NCBI GenBank assembly: GCA_043381765.1
Contig: JBHJMP010000026.1
Location: forward strand, 1-34,395
DNA length: 34,395 nucleotides
From: Collodictyon triciliatum
Taxonomy: Eukaryota
Direction of reading: 5' to 3'
Position 1 is the stretch's first letter. Each line of letters begins with the position of its first letter. The notes beneath the pieces were generated by a model, which was not told where the DNA came from, searched no databases, and saw nothing but the letters and a program-made list of their open reading frames with translations. Below are positions 12,833-28,423 of the stretch, piece after piece. The translations under genes and the position numbers were made by a program.

Positions 12833-13845
12833 CTTTTTCTGGCTGGAAGGTCGTGGCGTGGGTCGTTCGTCGGCGGCGTGTTTGTGAGTTGGGGTTAGAG
12901 TTGGAGTCGGAGTTAGTTTGGGTTTGAGTGCCAGTCGAAGCTGTTGGGGGAGGGTTGCGAGAGTGAAAGGCACTTTGGGGTTTTCCACAGCGCCACACGC
13001 TTTGCACAGGGGTGGTTTTGCTCTGTCTTGTGTTTTTGGTGCGGGATTCCTGCCCGCGGAGATGGGCGATAGGCTGATTCATGTTCGCGTGGCCTTTGGC
13101 GCAGCGGTCTGTCTGCTTGAAGCCACCATCGCAGGGCTGTGTGCTTCTGTTTCACTGAATGTTCGGCCGGGCTGGCTGGGACATATTCTGGACGTATATA
13201 TGTGCGGGCGCAAGACATAGGTTAACTTCTTTACGGTGCGGTGCTTCTTTTGTTTTAAATAGGGATTGCCGTGTTTTTCGAATTCATCATCGTGGTGTTG
13301 GTACTTATGAGATATTTCTGTGCAGAGAATAATCTAATTACAGATAGATATAGTGTATGTTCAAATGAATAGATCTTTTTGGAAAATTTCCCGAATTATG
13401 AATGGTTCTTTGAGAGGAATTAACCACAAATTATTGAATGGGAATAAAATAATTCCCATAATCAAACTAAACCACTCATGGGTTTGATGTCTACAAATTC
13501 ACGGTGGGTCTTATTGTGGAATGGTATCTTTCTCTGATTATATCTTTATACAGTATATTATTCGGATAAAATAAGAAAGTACATAAATGGTTATTTTACT
13601 GTGCACAAATGTGTTTGTCCTTATATGTAAGTATTCGCTATATTTTATCGTTAGACTAAAAAAAATTGATTACTTTTGTTTTCGAAAGGCGAGGGATTTG
13701 CAGCACATGACTTCGAGATATACGAGGCCCTTGAAAAACCTCGCACCGCATAAAACACAAGCTGGAGCGTTCCTACTTCACACAAGATGCTCATAGAGTC
13801 TCACTTTGTATTATAAGGGTAGAACATTTCCCTAATAGTTTATTA

Positions 13846-16800
13846 ATGGCCCAGTGTGATACGATGGACGCCTCGTCAAAGGTCACCAGCAAGGCCCTTG
13901 ACGATCTAGGTATGGATCATGACCTTGATGTTGGTATAATAGCTTGGGTCCAAGAAATATATACTGTTGATCTCGAATCATTCTTTATCTACGCTGAGTC
14001 TTAATGGGACAATTAGAATAAGAATATTTTGGGAGGTATTTTTCTTTTGGAAGTTCTAAGATAAAGGTATTATATGTATAGTTTATTTGTCGAAAGTAAA
14101 CCATATTCTGAGCCTGTGTGGTGTGGACGTCAGTGTTCGCGCTCGGAAGGAATGCACGCCATCCATGTTTATTGTCATGTTTGAGAAACTGTTGTATATT
14201 CATTTGAGAGGTGTGTATCTGCACAGCATCCCTATTTCCAATTATTTTGTGCCCATTCATCCATTTGATCACAATGTATATAAAGTGTTCTGAATCATTT
14301 GAATGCTAGATATTGAGCGAAATCCTTCCACCTTTGCTGACCACATTCGAAACATGGAAGTTCTCATCGAGGCGTTGTCAAAGGATATCCTCAGGGTCCT
14401 TTTTTTTTTTTCACTGTATTTTATGTAGCCATAAAGTGCGTAATTTGTTATTTTTTTATTTTTTTGCTCTTTGTTTTGATTCAAAGATAAGGAGCGTAAT
14501 TTCAGTGATATTCTAAACGTATAACAGACGGACTTGAGTCACATCACTCCAAGAGACGTTGCCGAGTTGAAGTGGGAATCCATTGCGGATATGATTGAAT
14601 TGTTTTATGAACTCTGTGAAATCATTCGATCCCAGCGAGCATTCGCCCAGCAACATGTTAGTATTGTTAATTTACCAAATCATGTTTTGGTGTGAAATGC
14701 TTTGTGAAGGCTTTAGTCATGATCTCGTCTTGCAAATCCACACTCAGCGCGTCTTACCATTTCCTCTGACAAGAAAACAAATAAAAATCGGTTGATATCG
14801 AACTAGGCTGCAGAACTCGTGAATGCTGGAATGGAAAATTATCCTCAAGTCATCGAAAGGCAGAAATCGAGGATAAAGGCATCGACAATAGCCAAGGATT
14901 ATCAGCAACTACATGCTGAAAATGAAAGTATCTTTTGTAGTCAAATATGTTTTGAAGAACATTCAGATTTTTACATCGTTAATCCATCAAAAGGTAGATA
15001 TTTGCGTAATATTGCTCACGAGATTCATGAATTATAGATATTCGTATACAAAATGAAATTGCCGATTTCCAAGCAGAAATAGACATGACGCGAAACAAGG
15101 TCGTTACTACTGCTCCCGAGATTTCTGAACATGATGCAAGTGAGCAGCTGACCAGTTCGGTATGTCTTGTCTTATATGAATAACTTCTCAAAGAACACGC
15201 CCGATGAAACATACATGCATGACAAATTTTGCATTCGATAGTCTATCTTTCCAAAGCCCACTTTAATTGATGGAAAATACCCGTCTGATTCTTTTAGTCT
15301 TCCCAAGCACCTACTCCTGGCCCCGTCTCCGCGTCGACATCTGTTTCTGCCCCAAGTCGCCGATCATCCTCTGCTCCCAAACAGACAAAAACTGTATCGA
15401 CCCAGGCACCAAAACCAGCTTTGAAGTCTCCCATTGCTTCCCTCCAACCATCGAGAACGTCTGTTAACAAACGTGCATGCAATCTACCCGATCAAAAGAC
15501 AAAGACTAGACCAGGGAGGTTGGCCTCTTCTACAAAAGCGAGAAAATCTCATGTTCCTCCGTCTCCCCCGAGTTTCGAGGAACTTGCTCAGCGCCTTGGG
15601 CAAAACGTAGTAGTAATTATTCGAGGATAATGATACATTCTTTAAATTCATGAAATATGAATCAGTAACTTTTAGTATATGTTGAAGTCTTAATGTATCG
15701 TATTACAAATAGATTGGCCCAAACGATGCTGATAATGAAATATTTGACCGTGAGAACCAAATTTTGAGTGGTTATTCTCGTTTTCTGGAATCCACTAGGC
15801 GAGTTACAGACCCATTTATTTATCCCGCTGAAGAAAGGGACAAAGTTAGCAACATGAGACTATCTGAAAAGGACGCTGCATTGAGACATGAAAAGCATAT
15901 ACAAGCCAAGGACTTTGCTGAAAAGAGAGGAAATCGTAACTACATGGAGGAAGGCCATACTTTCTGGAAAGCTGTGGAGACTCACTCGGATATGAGAACA
16001 GCCAAACTCGGAGAGATTTTTGAAGTTGTTCCACCAAAAGAATCTCAAGCAGGACGTTCATCCCGTACAATTGCAGACGATGGACATGTTCCTGAATTCT
16101 CTGTTGATAGCGGAAAGAAACCAAATTCATTCGTCTTCTCGGACGCTCATTTGGAAGATGGCAGACATCAGAAAGCTTTAGAGTCAAATCCTGTCATTCG
16201 TGATGTCCTCAAATCAAAAGACCCTAAGACCCCTACCTCCAGTCGCACCAATCATCCACATCAAAACCATCAGTCACAACCAATGTTGACACCAGAGCAG
16301 AGGCACGAAAGACTTTACCAAGAACTCATCGATATGAATTCAGGGTTCGTCCCCACAATACCGCCACCAGTGCCTTCCAAAAACATTGGGATAAAATCAC
16401 ATCGCACCATAACAAATGCCCCAAATAGAGCAGTTGCATGGGATGACCAACAAGATGAAGCGCGCCTGCGGACTTCCTTGAGGAATGAGCAAGAGTTCAG
16501 GAGAACCCGCCTTATGACGGAAGAATCTGACAACCCTGACTTTGCCTCCGAATCTACCACCCTAGCACCAGACGATTCTGACGTTCAAGCAACTCCCACG
16601 AGGAGGGTTGACCAGCGGATTTCCCTGACGGAGCCACGTCGGGCTTCAGACAAGAAACTGCCTACCGATTCCAGGAAATGTCACTCACCTGATTTGATAA
16701 GGCAAATAGGCGAATTAAGACAGCAGCTTGGCCTTCGTGAGCAAGAAATTCTTGCTGCTCAGTCGAATCCGAACCGACAGTGCGTCGCAGAAAGTGGAAA

Positions 16801-18492
16801 TCAACGAGGGCGCTCCTCGTCAGTCCCTGGAGGTCGTGGCTCTTACATGTCTCATACACACGCTTCTGTCAGCAAAAATGCAGTGAGTTGTTCTTACAGG
16901 ACCTTGAAGCTAATCTTTGTGTCGTCAATGCTAACATTATTATTTATTCAAGTATGACAATGGATAACTCAACTTGTCGCCTAGTTTGTCCACGAAGGTG
17001 CACATAGGCAAAGGCTTCTGTATCATACGATTGCTGATGATATAGCTCGTGCAAAGTGGAAAGTATGCTCCTCATTTGAGTGTTGATTTTCCTGTTCACA
17101 TACATAAGTTTTGTCAGTTTCTTTGTACATATTGTCTGGATCGGGTGTGCTTTACATTAGATTTATTGACAATGTGACCTCCTCCATAATTAAATAGGAC
17201 AAATAGACAAAAGTGTAATCATTTTTTTAAAAATTAGAAACATGTATCTCTCTAAATCTTTTAGAAACAACAACAAGCAAAGCTCAAGATGAAGTACCAG
17301 CTTTCCTCAGCCGCTCACGCGGAAAGGCAACTTAAGGTTTTTTTTTTATTGTATTACCATAGTGATATCTCCTTGGCCAATATATGTTCGTATATTTTTT
17401 CTTTTCTTTTTTTTTCTATGATGGAATTATAAATGACGGAAAAAAATACGGTAACCAAAATCCACAGGTTCATATGCAGCAGTATAAAGAAAAGGAAATG
17501 TTTGAAGCCAGGTCTACGGAATTGCGACGGAGATCTGAGCAGGAAAATTTATACAAGACCATGTTTGTATTTGATTCTCTTTTTTTCCGTTATTTTCTCC
17601 AAGAATTACGTTGATTTAATCTTACTCGATACTTTTCTACGTATTTCATTTTCGTAAATTGAGTTCTGTCTAGCTTAATTTATACACTGAAGTTAAAAGA
17701 AAACCCCCTTGTATGTACTAGGTTTGAACAGCTAAGGAAACTTCAGAAAGGACAGTTACTGGAAGAAAAGTCACGGATGAAAGAGGAACTGCAACAACTG
17801 GCCAAAGAACGCCGAGTAAGGCAGGAGGCAATTGACCATTAGTAAGCTTCATACCTTTTTCTTTTTCTTTTTCTTTTTCTTTTTCTTTTTCTTTTTCTTT
17901 TTCTTTTTCTTTTTCTTTTTCTTTTTCTTTTTCTTTTTCTTTTTCTTTTTCTTTTTTGTTTGTTTTAGTTTTTGGTTTCCTATGTTCATAGGCAAGATAA
18001 GTCCAAAATGTCTGGAGTGATTGTACGTTTGGTTTAGATGTTATTGTTCCATTCCATCATTTTCAGTCAGCAAGCTTGGCATAAACTGAGCTCATATGTT
18101 CATATGTATCGCAGCTATCAAACTCAGTACGAAATGATGAAAGAGCTCGCAGACGATACACGCCGAGAGAGAACGGTAGCTGAACAAGCCAATAAAAAGG
18201 TAAAGATTTACATTTCCCTAATAAGAAAATGTTAGTAATAACATTCAGACGAACCCCATAAATCTTTCTTCGGTATACTGGCTAAGTGTACCTTGATGTT
18301 GAAAAACATAATCGCCGGGAATGGGAAAAATAACCATTTTGTGCAAAGGCTATTAGGTCACTTGAACGGGAGATGAAGGAGAAGATGCAGTTTGAGCTCG
18401 AGCGTCTCAAAGAGTACCTCAAGTGTGAGGAGGAAATGCACTACTTCCGAGTGATGGACCCTTCTCGTCTGGTGGAGAGCGTTGTTCAGTGA
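13846..18492 (+). CDS. CEP95: Centrosomal protein CEP95-like (N-terminal DUF5745 region, disordered middle, C-terminal coiled coil)
   Basis: Spliced N-terminus VNHILSLCG..ECTPSMFIVMFEKL..DHIRNMEVLIEALSKDILR|TDLSHITPRDV..ESIADMIELF and C-terminus LEREMKEKMQFELERLKEYL..YFRVMDPSRL resemble CEP95 as I recall it. Includes the long exon within ORF 15764-16957. Start codon and some internal exons are uncertain. Confidence 0.78.
17856..17957. repeat. (TTTTTC)n hexamer repeat in a CEP95 intron
   Basis: About 16 units, seen directly. Confidence 0.9.
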
Positions 18493-18557
18493 CCGAAACA
18501 CAGACTTGAGAACATGCTAAGAGAATGGAAGATAGTATATCCATCACCTTTTCCAAC

Positions 18558-18616
18558 AGCATAAGAAAACATTTTTTTTTTCCTTTATTCGATTCAAAGT
18601 AGCATAAGAAAACATT
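18558..18616 (-). mobile_element. 27-nt poly(A)-tailed retroposon fragment with 16-bp target-site duplication
   Basis: Insert 18574-18600 (minus strand ACTTTGAATCGAATAAAGG-A8) flanked by perfect direct repeats AGCATAAGAAAACATT at 18558-18573 and 18601-18616. Confidence 0.8.
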
Positions 18617-19305
18617 AATCAAACATAGTGCCCTTATCTTGCACATATCGTTTCCCTGGCCTCTGGACAACTGCATCATTTTTTCTCTCCCTGTCAGCTC
18701 CAAACATGTCCGCACTGTATTTGGGTCTCGTTTATGCTTTTCTCTTAGTTTCTCGCTCTGCTCCACACTTTTCTTTTATTTTAAAATTCTTTTTTCTTGG
18801 ATAGCCTGCTTAGTCCAGAGCTCCCAATCCTTTTAATAAATCATTTGGATGGTGATTGATGTAATACCGACAACCAACTCAGCCAAGTAACTCCACTTTC
18901 GTGGCCATCCCTAAAAATCCATTATGGGATATTGGTTAACCTCTAATAGAAAAACTTATTTTACACCTTGCAATTTTATCTATTTTATAAATTTCCGTAT
19001 CGAGCTTGTCATTTGCTGATTTGTTTGTCCATGCACGCTTCCTTAGATTATAAATAACCCACCAATTGTATTCGGGTCGTTTACAATTTGGGCGGTATTA
19101 ATGGCCATAATGGAAAGCAGGATTAACCCAACATCTCCTACTTTCTTTTTTATCTAATCCAACATACATACGATTGCGCCAGAGCCCACCAGAGTCCTAA
19201 AGAAAGCGAGTATCTTGAGGTTTCAAGTAGACCCAAACCCAACGCTCGCCTGCTTCTTGGCTACTACATTACCGTCGATTATTCTTACTACTTGCTGCCA
19301 TACAG

Positions 19306-21031
19306 ATGTCCCAATTGACTTCATCGAGCGGAAATCCCGTCCCAGACAACCAGAACACAATGAGTGCAGGACAGGATGGCCCCCTTCTTCTTCAAGATGT
19401 CTTTTTCTTGGACAAGATGGCCCATTTCGACCGCGAGCGTATACCCGAACGGGTTGTACACGCAAAAGGTTCAGCTATGTCATGTGCTTTGATGTTGGTA
19501 ATAAGTTGCCGATTGGTGAATCAGAGGTTAAGAGCATCATGATGTATATAAACTCAAGGCACACGTTATCTATTTAAGGGACAGGTGCACATGGGTACTT
19601 TGAGGTTACGCACGACGTCACAAAGTTCACAAAAGCAAAGTTCTTGGACGGAATTGGAAAAAGAACCCCAATCCTAGCACGGTTTTCGACAGTAGGGGGT
19701 GAAAAGGGCTCTGCCGATTCTGCTCGTGACCCGCGAGGATTTGCTGTACGGTATTACACAGAGGAAGGAAACTACGACATGGTGGGGAATAACACACCTG
19801 TATTCTTCATTCGAGACCCAAACAAGGTGATAAGACAACACATTTGATATTACCATGTTCTATATGTATATGTGTTTCTAGACCAAGTGCCTATGTAAAC
19901 TCTGCCTTACCGCATCGACAAGCTATTTTATGTCTGATAGATATTGTTGCTCAGTTCCCAGACTTTATCCACACTCAAAAGAGACACCCGCAATCAAATC
20001 TCAAAGACCCAAACATGTTTTGGGATTTCCTTTCTCTCTCTCCCGAATCCGTCCACCAAGTCACTATCCTATTTTCTGACCGCGGGACACCTGCCTCCTT
20101 CCGTCATATGCACGGGTTCTCGGGACACAGCTTCAAGCTGGTTAACAAAGAGGGCGAGTACTTTTACTGCAAGTTCCACTACCTTACCGAGAGCGGCATC
20201 CAGAATCTAACCGACCAAGAGGCTGTGCGTCTTGCTGGGGAAGACCCCGACCACGCCACCCGGGACCTATTCGAGCATCTGGCTGCTGGCGGTGTGGCAT
20301 CGTGGAGCGTGTCCATGCAAGTGATGCCAATCAACGAGGCTGCCTCCTACAAGTGGGATGTGCTGGACGTTACAAAGGTCTGGCCCCATGCGGACTGCCC
20401 ATTAATCCCCATCGGCCGCATGGTGCTGGACCGCAACCCAGAAAACCACTTTGCTGAGATAGAACAGGTAGCTTTTTCCCCTGGGAATCTAGTCCCTGGT
20501 ATCGAGCCGTCGGAAGATAAGATGCTGCAAGGGCGGCTCTTTTCATACCCAGATACACAGCGCCACCGCTTGGGAACCAACTTCATGCAAATCCCAGTCA
20601 ACTGCCCATACCAAACTATTGTTCGCAACGGCCAGCGAGACGGACTTATGTGCGTCAATGGCAACCAACCTCACATCCCACACTACGAACCCAATTCCCT
20701 TGACGCACTTAAGGACAACAAAGCCCACTCGTGGCACCAGGCGCCAGTCCGAGGGTGTGTTGTGCAAGTCCCGCGTAACCACGCCAATTCGGACTATGAG
20801 CAGGCAGGCAACCTATATCGCCTCATGAACAGCGAGGAGAGAAGCAGGCTCGTTGCCAACATCTCCACACACTTGAAGGGTGCGCGCAAGGAGATTCAGC
20901 ACCGCCAAGTTGCCCTATTTTCCCTCGCTGACCCAGCGTATGGAGCTGGCGTGGCTGCTGGTCTGGGCTTGCAAACCGAAGACATCCCGCTTGAGAATGA
21001 TAAGGTGGCTGCTGCTTCATCATCACAATAA
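19306..21031 (+). CDS. CAT: Monofunctional heme catalase (small-subunit type)
   Basis: Exons 19306-19468, 19579-19826, 19955-21031. Active-site signature [35 protein letters not shown], proximal-heme signature RLFSYPDTQ. Confidence 0.98.
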
Positions 21032-21156
21032 ATCCCTTTGTGGTTGTGCTATGTTGTGTGCTGCTTAGGCAATCATTGTGCCGGGTGGGCTGACAGGCAC
21101 CAGCTTTTATTCATTCATGCTGGACACTCGTGCATTTGGCAAGGGCTGCACGTTGT

Positions 21157-25120
<3,964 letters not shown>

Positions 25121-26188
25121 GAATGGTCGCAGAAGTTGAACAAAAAGTGAGCACCCAAGAAAAATGAACAGAGAAAATAAAAAGAAAATAGGCTAGAGAG
25201 GAGCTGAAGAGAAGAGGAGGAGGAAGAGGAGGGAGAAGGTCACGATCAAGGCAGAGGATGCCATCCTCGAAGGAAGCATGAGAACATTTTGGAGTCATGT
25301 TTTTTTTGGAGAAGCAGCGTTTTCTTGCTGTCACTGGTGAGATTATGAGCCCATATAAGTGTGATTCCCATGCGTAGGTTTCGCAGCTGCGTCATCAACT
25401 ATGCTTTCGTAGTCATTGCGGAGTTGATGGTAGCCGGTTGTGTGTGCGACACACGATTCTCCCTGTCGCGGTCGCATTGTGCGCCTTACTTTCGCCTTGA
25501 GGCCGTTTGATGCGTCGTTTGCAGGAACGAGGAAAGCAGGGGCTGCCAGGGACTGGCGGGTGAACCCAGACGCTTTATATCCTGTGACCTCTGTCTCGAA
25601 AAGTGCGACTTATTATATACACATTTTCTTTTTTGCCCCGGGCAATTGTCACCGCGAGAATACGATTTATATACCTAGTGTCCCTTGTGTGGGCAAATAT
25701 TTAACTGCAATGTGTGTTGGGTGAAGTGGCAGAGTGCGAGGTGGATGGAATTTGAATTATTGAGGCGGCCGGCGGGGACAGAATGATAGCAGCCCGTGGC
25801 GGAGGGCAAGTAGTTTGGACACGAGCGGAACGAGTTGCGGTGACAGCTAATTTGTGTGTTTCTACTTTGGGAGAAAGGGCGTCTTTAGGAATCGCTTGTG
25901 GGTTTCAATGTCGACATGACGGTCTTTTATCCTAAAGTGGAAAATATTATGATATCGTTTACTTCGTGCATAGGATATAACTCTGGGCGTACCGGCAATA
26001 TCAATTTACACTTTTTGTATGATTATACGTTTCAATTTTGGGTGAATGTAATTATCCGAGATTGATCTATTCGTTTAAATTGCCATGTGACTAAATGTGG
26101 TGATCACACCGAGAGAAACAGACTTTAGAGGAACAATAAGAAAACACAGTATGAATAAGAAAAAGTCTCCTTTGCTCCTCGCTGCACA

Positions 26189-26214
26189 TTGAATCGAATA
26201 AAGGAAAAAAAAAA
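26189..26214 (+). repeat. copy of the TTGAATCGAATAAAGG-poly(A) dispersed element
   Basis: Core identical to the copies at 18574-18600 and 31023-31052. Flanking duplication is only degenerate (CTCCTCGCTG / CTCCTTCGCTG). Confidence 0.7.
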
Positions 26215-26641
26215 CTCCTTCGCTGAGAAACAATAAACACTGGGAGAGAAAAAGGACACATTCTCCAGAAAATAATATTATTGCACTGGCGTTCTTTCCT
26301 TTTCCCAACTCGCTGCATTCTGAAGCCGAAAAAAAAAAAAAAGTAAGCAAGGAAGGAAGCGGTCGAAAAGAGGGATCCCGAGAAGGACGAGACTGCCCAC
26401 CAGGAGACCGGCTCCACAACCCTGTCCCATGGAACGCCTACTGATCGTACGCATAACCGAGAAGGCCGATGCAGCCGACCCAGAGAGCGAAAAGGTCACT
26501 TGACCACATCCCTTGCAACACAGGTTATGCACCGAGATGCATCGACGATCAAGACGCCAGCTGCCACAGACCCGTGAGTACAACAACCTACTAATAATAA
26601 GACGGAGCGTGCTCTTTCAAACGAACAAGTTGTTTTCCTTT

Positions 26642-27712
26642 ATTGGATTCAAAGTACAGTGAGGTCGGAAAAACATTATTAATGAAGAATATATCTGGAT
26701 GCAAAGAGACCTATGGGATAAGTTCTTTGAAATGAAGAAGAGACTCTTTCATCAAAGAGACTGCAATTTCGAATACATTAAAAAAAAAAAAAAAAAAAAA
26801 TTATTGGGGGTTTTTTTTTTTTTTTTTTTTTGATAAGAAATCTATTTCAAATTCAAAATCCAATATAATTAGTCAAAAACCCCAAGAATATGTTAATATA
26901 TAGATGAACTTTCCGAAGAGCAGTTATCTTCATTAGCGACAAAAAAAAAATAGTTGGAGTGGACGCAGGCAAGTTTAATTTGGCTTCCATAGTGGATGAG
27001 ACAGGCAAGAAATTACGTTACACGGCACACCAAAGAAGACATGATAGCAAATCTGTTAAAAATCACAAAATACTCTTGCGCGAAAAAAAAGAAAATTACA
27101 ATGCTTCAGGTATATGCATGGCAACAGGTTTACAAAGTGCTGTTTCTTTTGGTCCCTGCTTTTTGAAGAGAATCAGCGGTTTGAGACATCAAGAGTATCT
27201 TTAATCGATTTAGAGACAAAACTGAGTGAACAACATTCATGCACGGTCGATTATGAAAATTTTCGAATACATATATATGAAATCAAGATACCAGATAGAA
27301 CTTTCCAGATTTTATAAACAAGTAACTTTTCGAAAGGTGAGATGGAGACAGCATGTTAATACAAAAAGAAGAGAACTGTTGTTTATGGACAGAATCGAAA
27401 AGACATTTGGCGAGGATGTTGTTCTGGTGTATGGGGACTGGAGCAGAAAATATCCGATGAAACTTTCTATGCCAACAATCGGAAGAGGGTTATAAAAAAA
27501 TACTATCCAAACGTTTTGAAACAGTTAATGTAGGTGAATTAAAAACCTCCGAGGTGTGCTGCAACTGGAAAAAAGAACTGGAATATATAAAACTGAATGG
27601 AAATTAAAAAAAAAATGTATATGGATGTCTCATATGTAAAGAATGCAATTGGTCAGAAAGCAAACAAAGTGTATTCTTGACAAGATACTTTAATAGCGCT
27701 AAAAAAATATAC
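26642..27712 (+). pseudogene. Degenerate Fanzor (eukaryotic TnpB-family RNA-guided nuclease) remnant
   Basis: Frameshifted segments: QRDLWDKFFEMKKRLF; YIDELSEEQL..IVGVDAGK (RuvC-I); KLRYTAHQRR; FYKQVTFRKVRWRQ; FGEDVVLVYGDWS..MPTIGRGL*; VNVGELKTSEVCCNW (RuvC-II plus Zn knuckle); CLICKEC; TRYFNSA (RuvC-III, D to Y). Multiple stops and frameshifts. Confidence 0.8.
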
Positions 27713-27790
27713 TCAAGAAAGATCATTTAATCCTTCGAAAAGTGCATACACCTTTCTCTAAAAAAACAGGCTGTTGGGTCTTTCCTGGCA

Positions 27791-27832
27791 GCCTTCACCA
27801 CTACACGATCTTTGTGAAAAAAGTGGTGAGGC
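27791..27832 (+). ncRNA. hairpin, candidate part of the Fanzor omegaRNA scaffold
   Basis: GCCTTCACCACT...AGTGGTGAGGC stem about 80 nt after the RuvC-III motif, where Fanzor/TnpB omegaRNAs are encoded. Function is inferred. Confidence 0.4.
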
Positions 27833-28423
27833 CTTGAATACTAGCGCACCATGTTTACCAATCGAAAGATTTGTATACCCCTCTAGCCAGCGATACATGG
27901 TTTCCACCCGGAAGCCCCGACATTTCCTTTAATCGATTGGCTGATTGGCTTCCACAGGATGCCTCTGCTGGTGTGACACTGTAATGAAAATGTATTCCTC
28001 GTTCAACAGACATCACTTTGTTGGGTGTTTTTTTATTTGTCTTTGGGATTTATTATAATTCGGTTCTCTGGTATTGGGATGCTTCGGGGTGTTGGGGAGT
28101 TCAGTAGACTGGTATCGCAGGAGAAGGAAAACAACGGGAGTGGAGATGAGGCGGGGAGAGAAACGATGAAGGTATAGGGGAAGTGGAATTGACAGAGGTG
28201 CGGAATAAGACATCAAATGAAGCCTTCTTAATAAGACTTCTTCGTAGAAAAATGCATAAGTGCAAGATAAATCAATATATGAAAAAAAAAACCAGAGCAC
28301 AACAGAAGCAAAACCCACAAAACACCCACAAACACAAACACCATGGTGCTCTGCCCTTCAATACATTTTCTTCTCTCTCTCTCTCTATCTATCTCTCAAC
28401 TGGGCGTGTCTGCTATATACGAC

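Noticed and set aside
26340-26600. GC-richer patch with short ORFs upstream of the Fanzor remnant
   Set aside because: No recognisable motif in the frames I read; cannot support a gene or transposase call.
26801-26888. Imperfect inverted repeat (TTATTGGGGGTTTTT / AAAAACCCCAAGAA) inside the Fanzor remnant as a MITE
   Set aside because: Short, low-complexity and mismatched, with no clear TSD.
27110-27195. Possible spliceosomal intron within the Fanzor (CAG|GTATAT...)
   Set aside because: The donor is plausible, but the only frame-restoring acceptor I found is a weak GAG, and the locus is otherwise pseudogenised.
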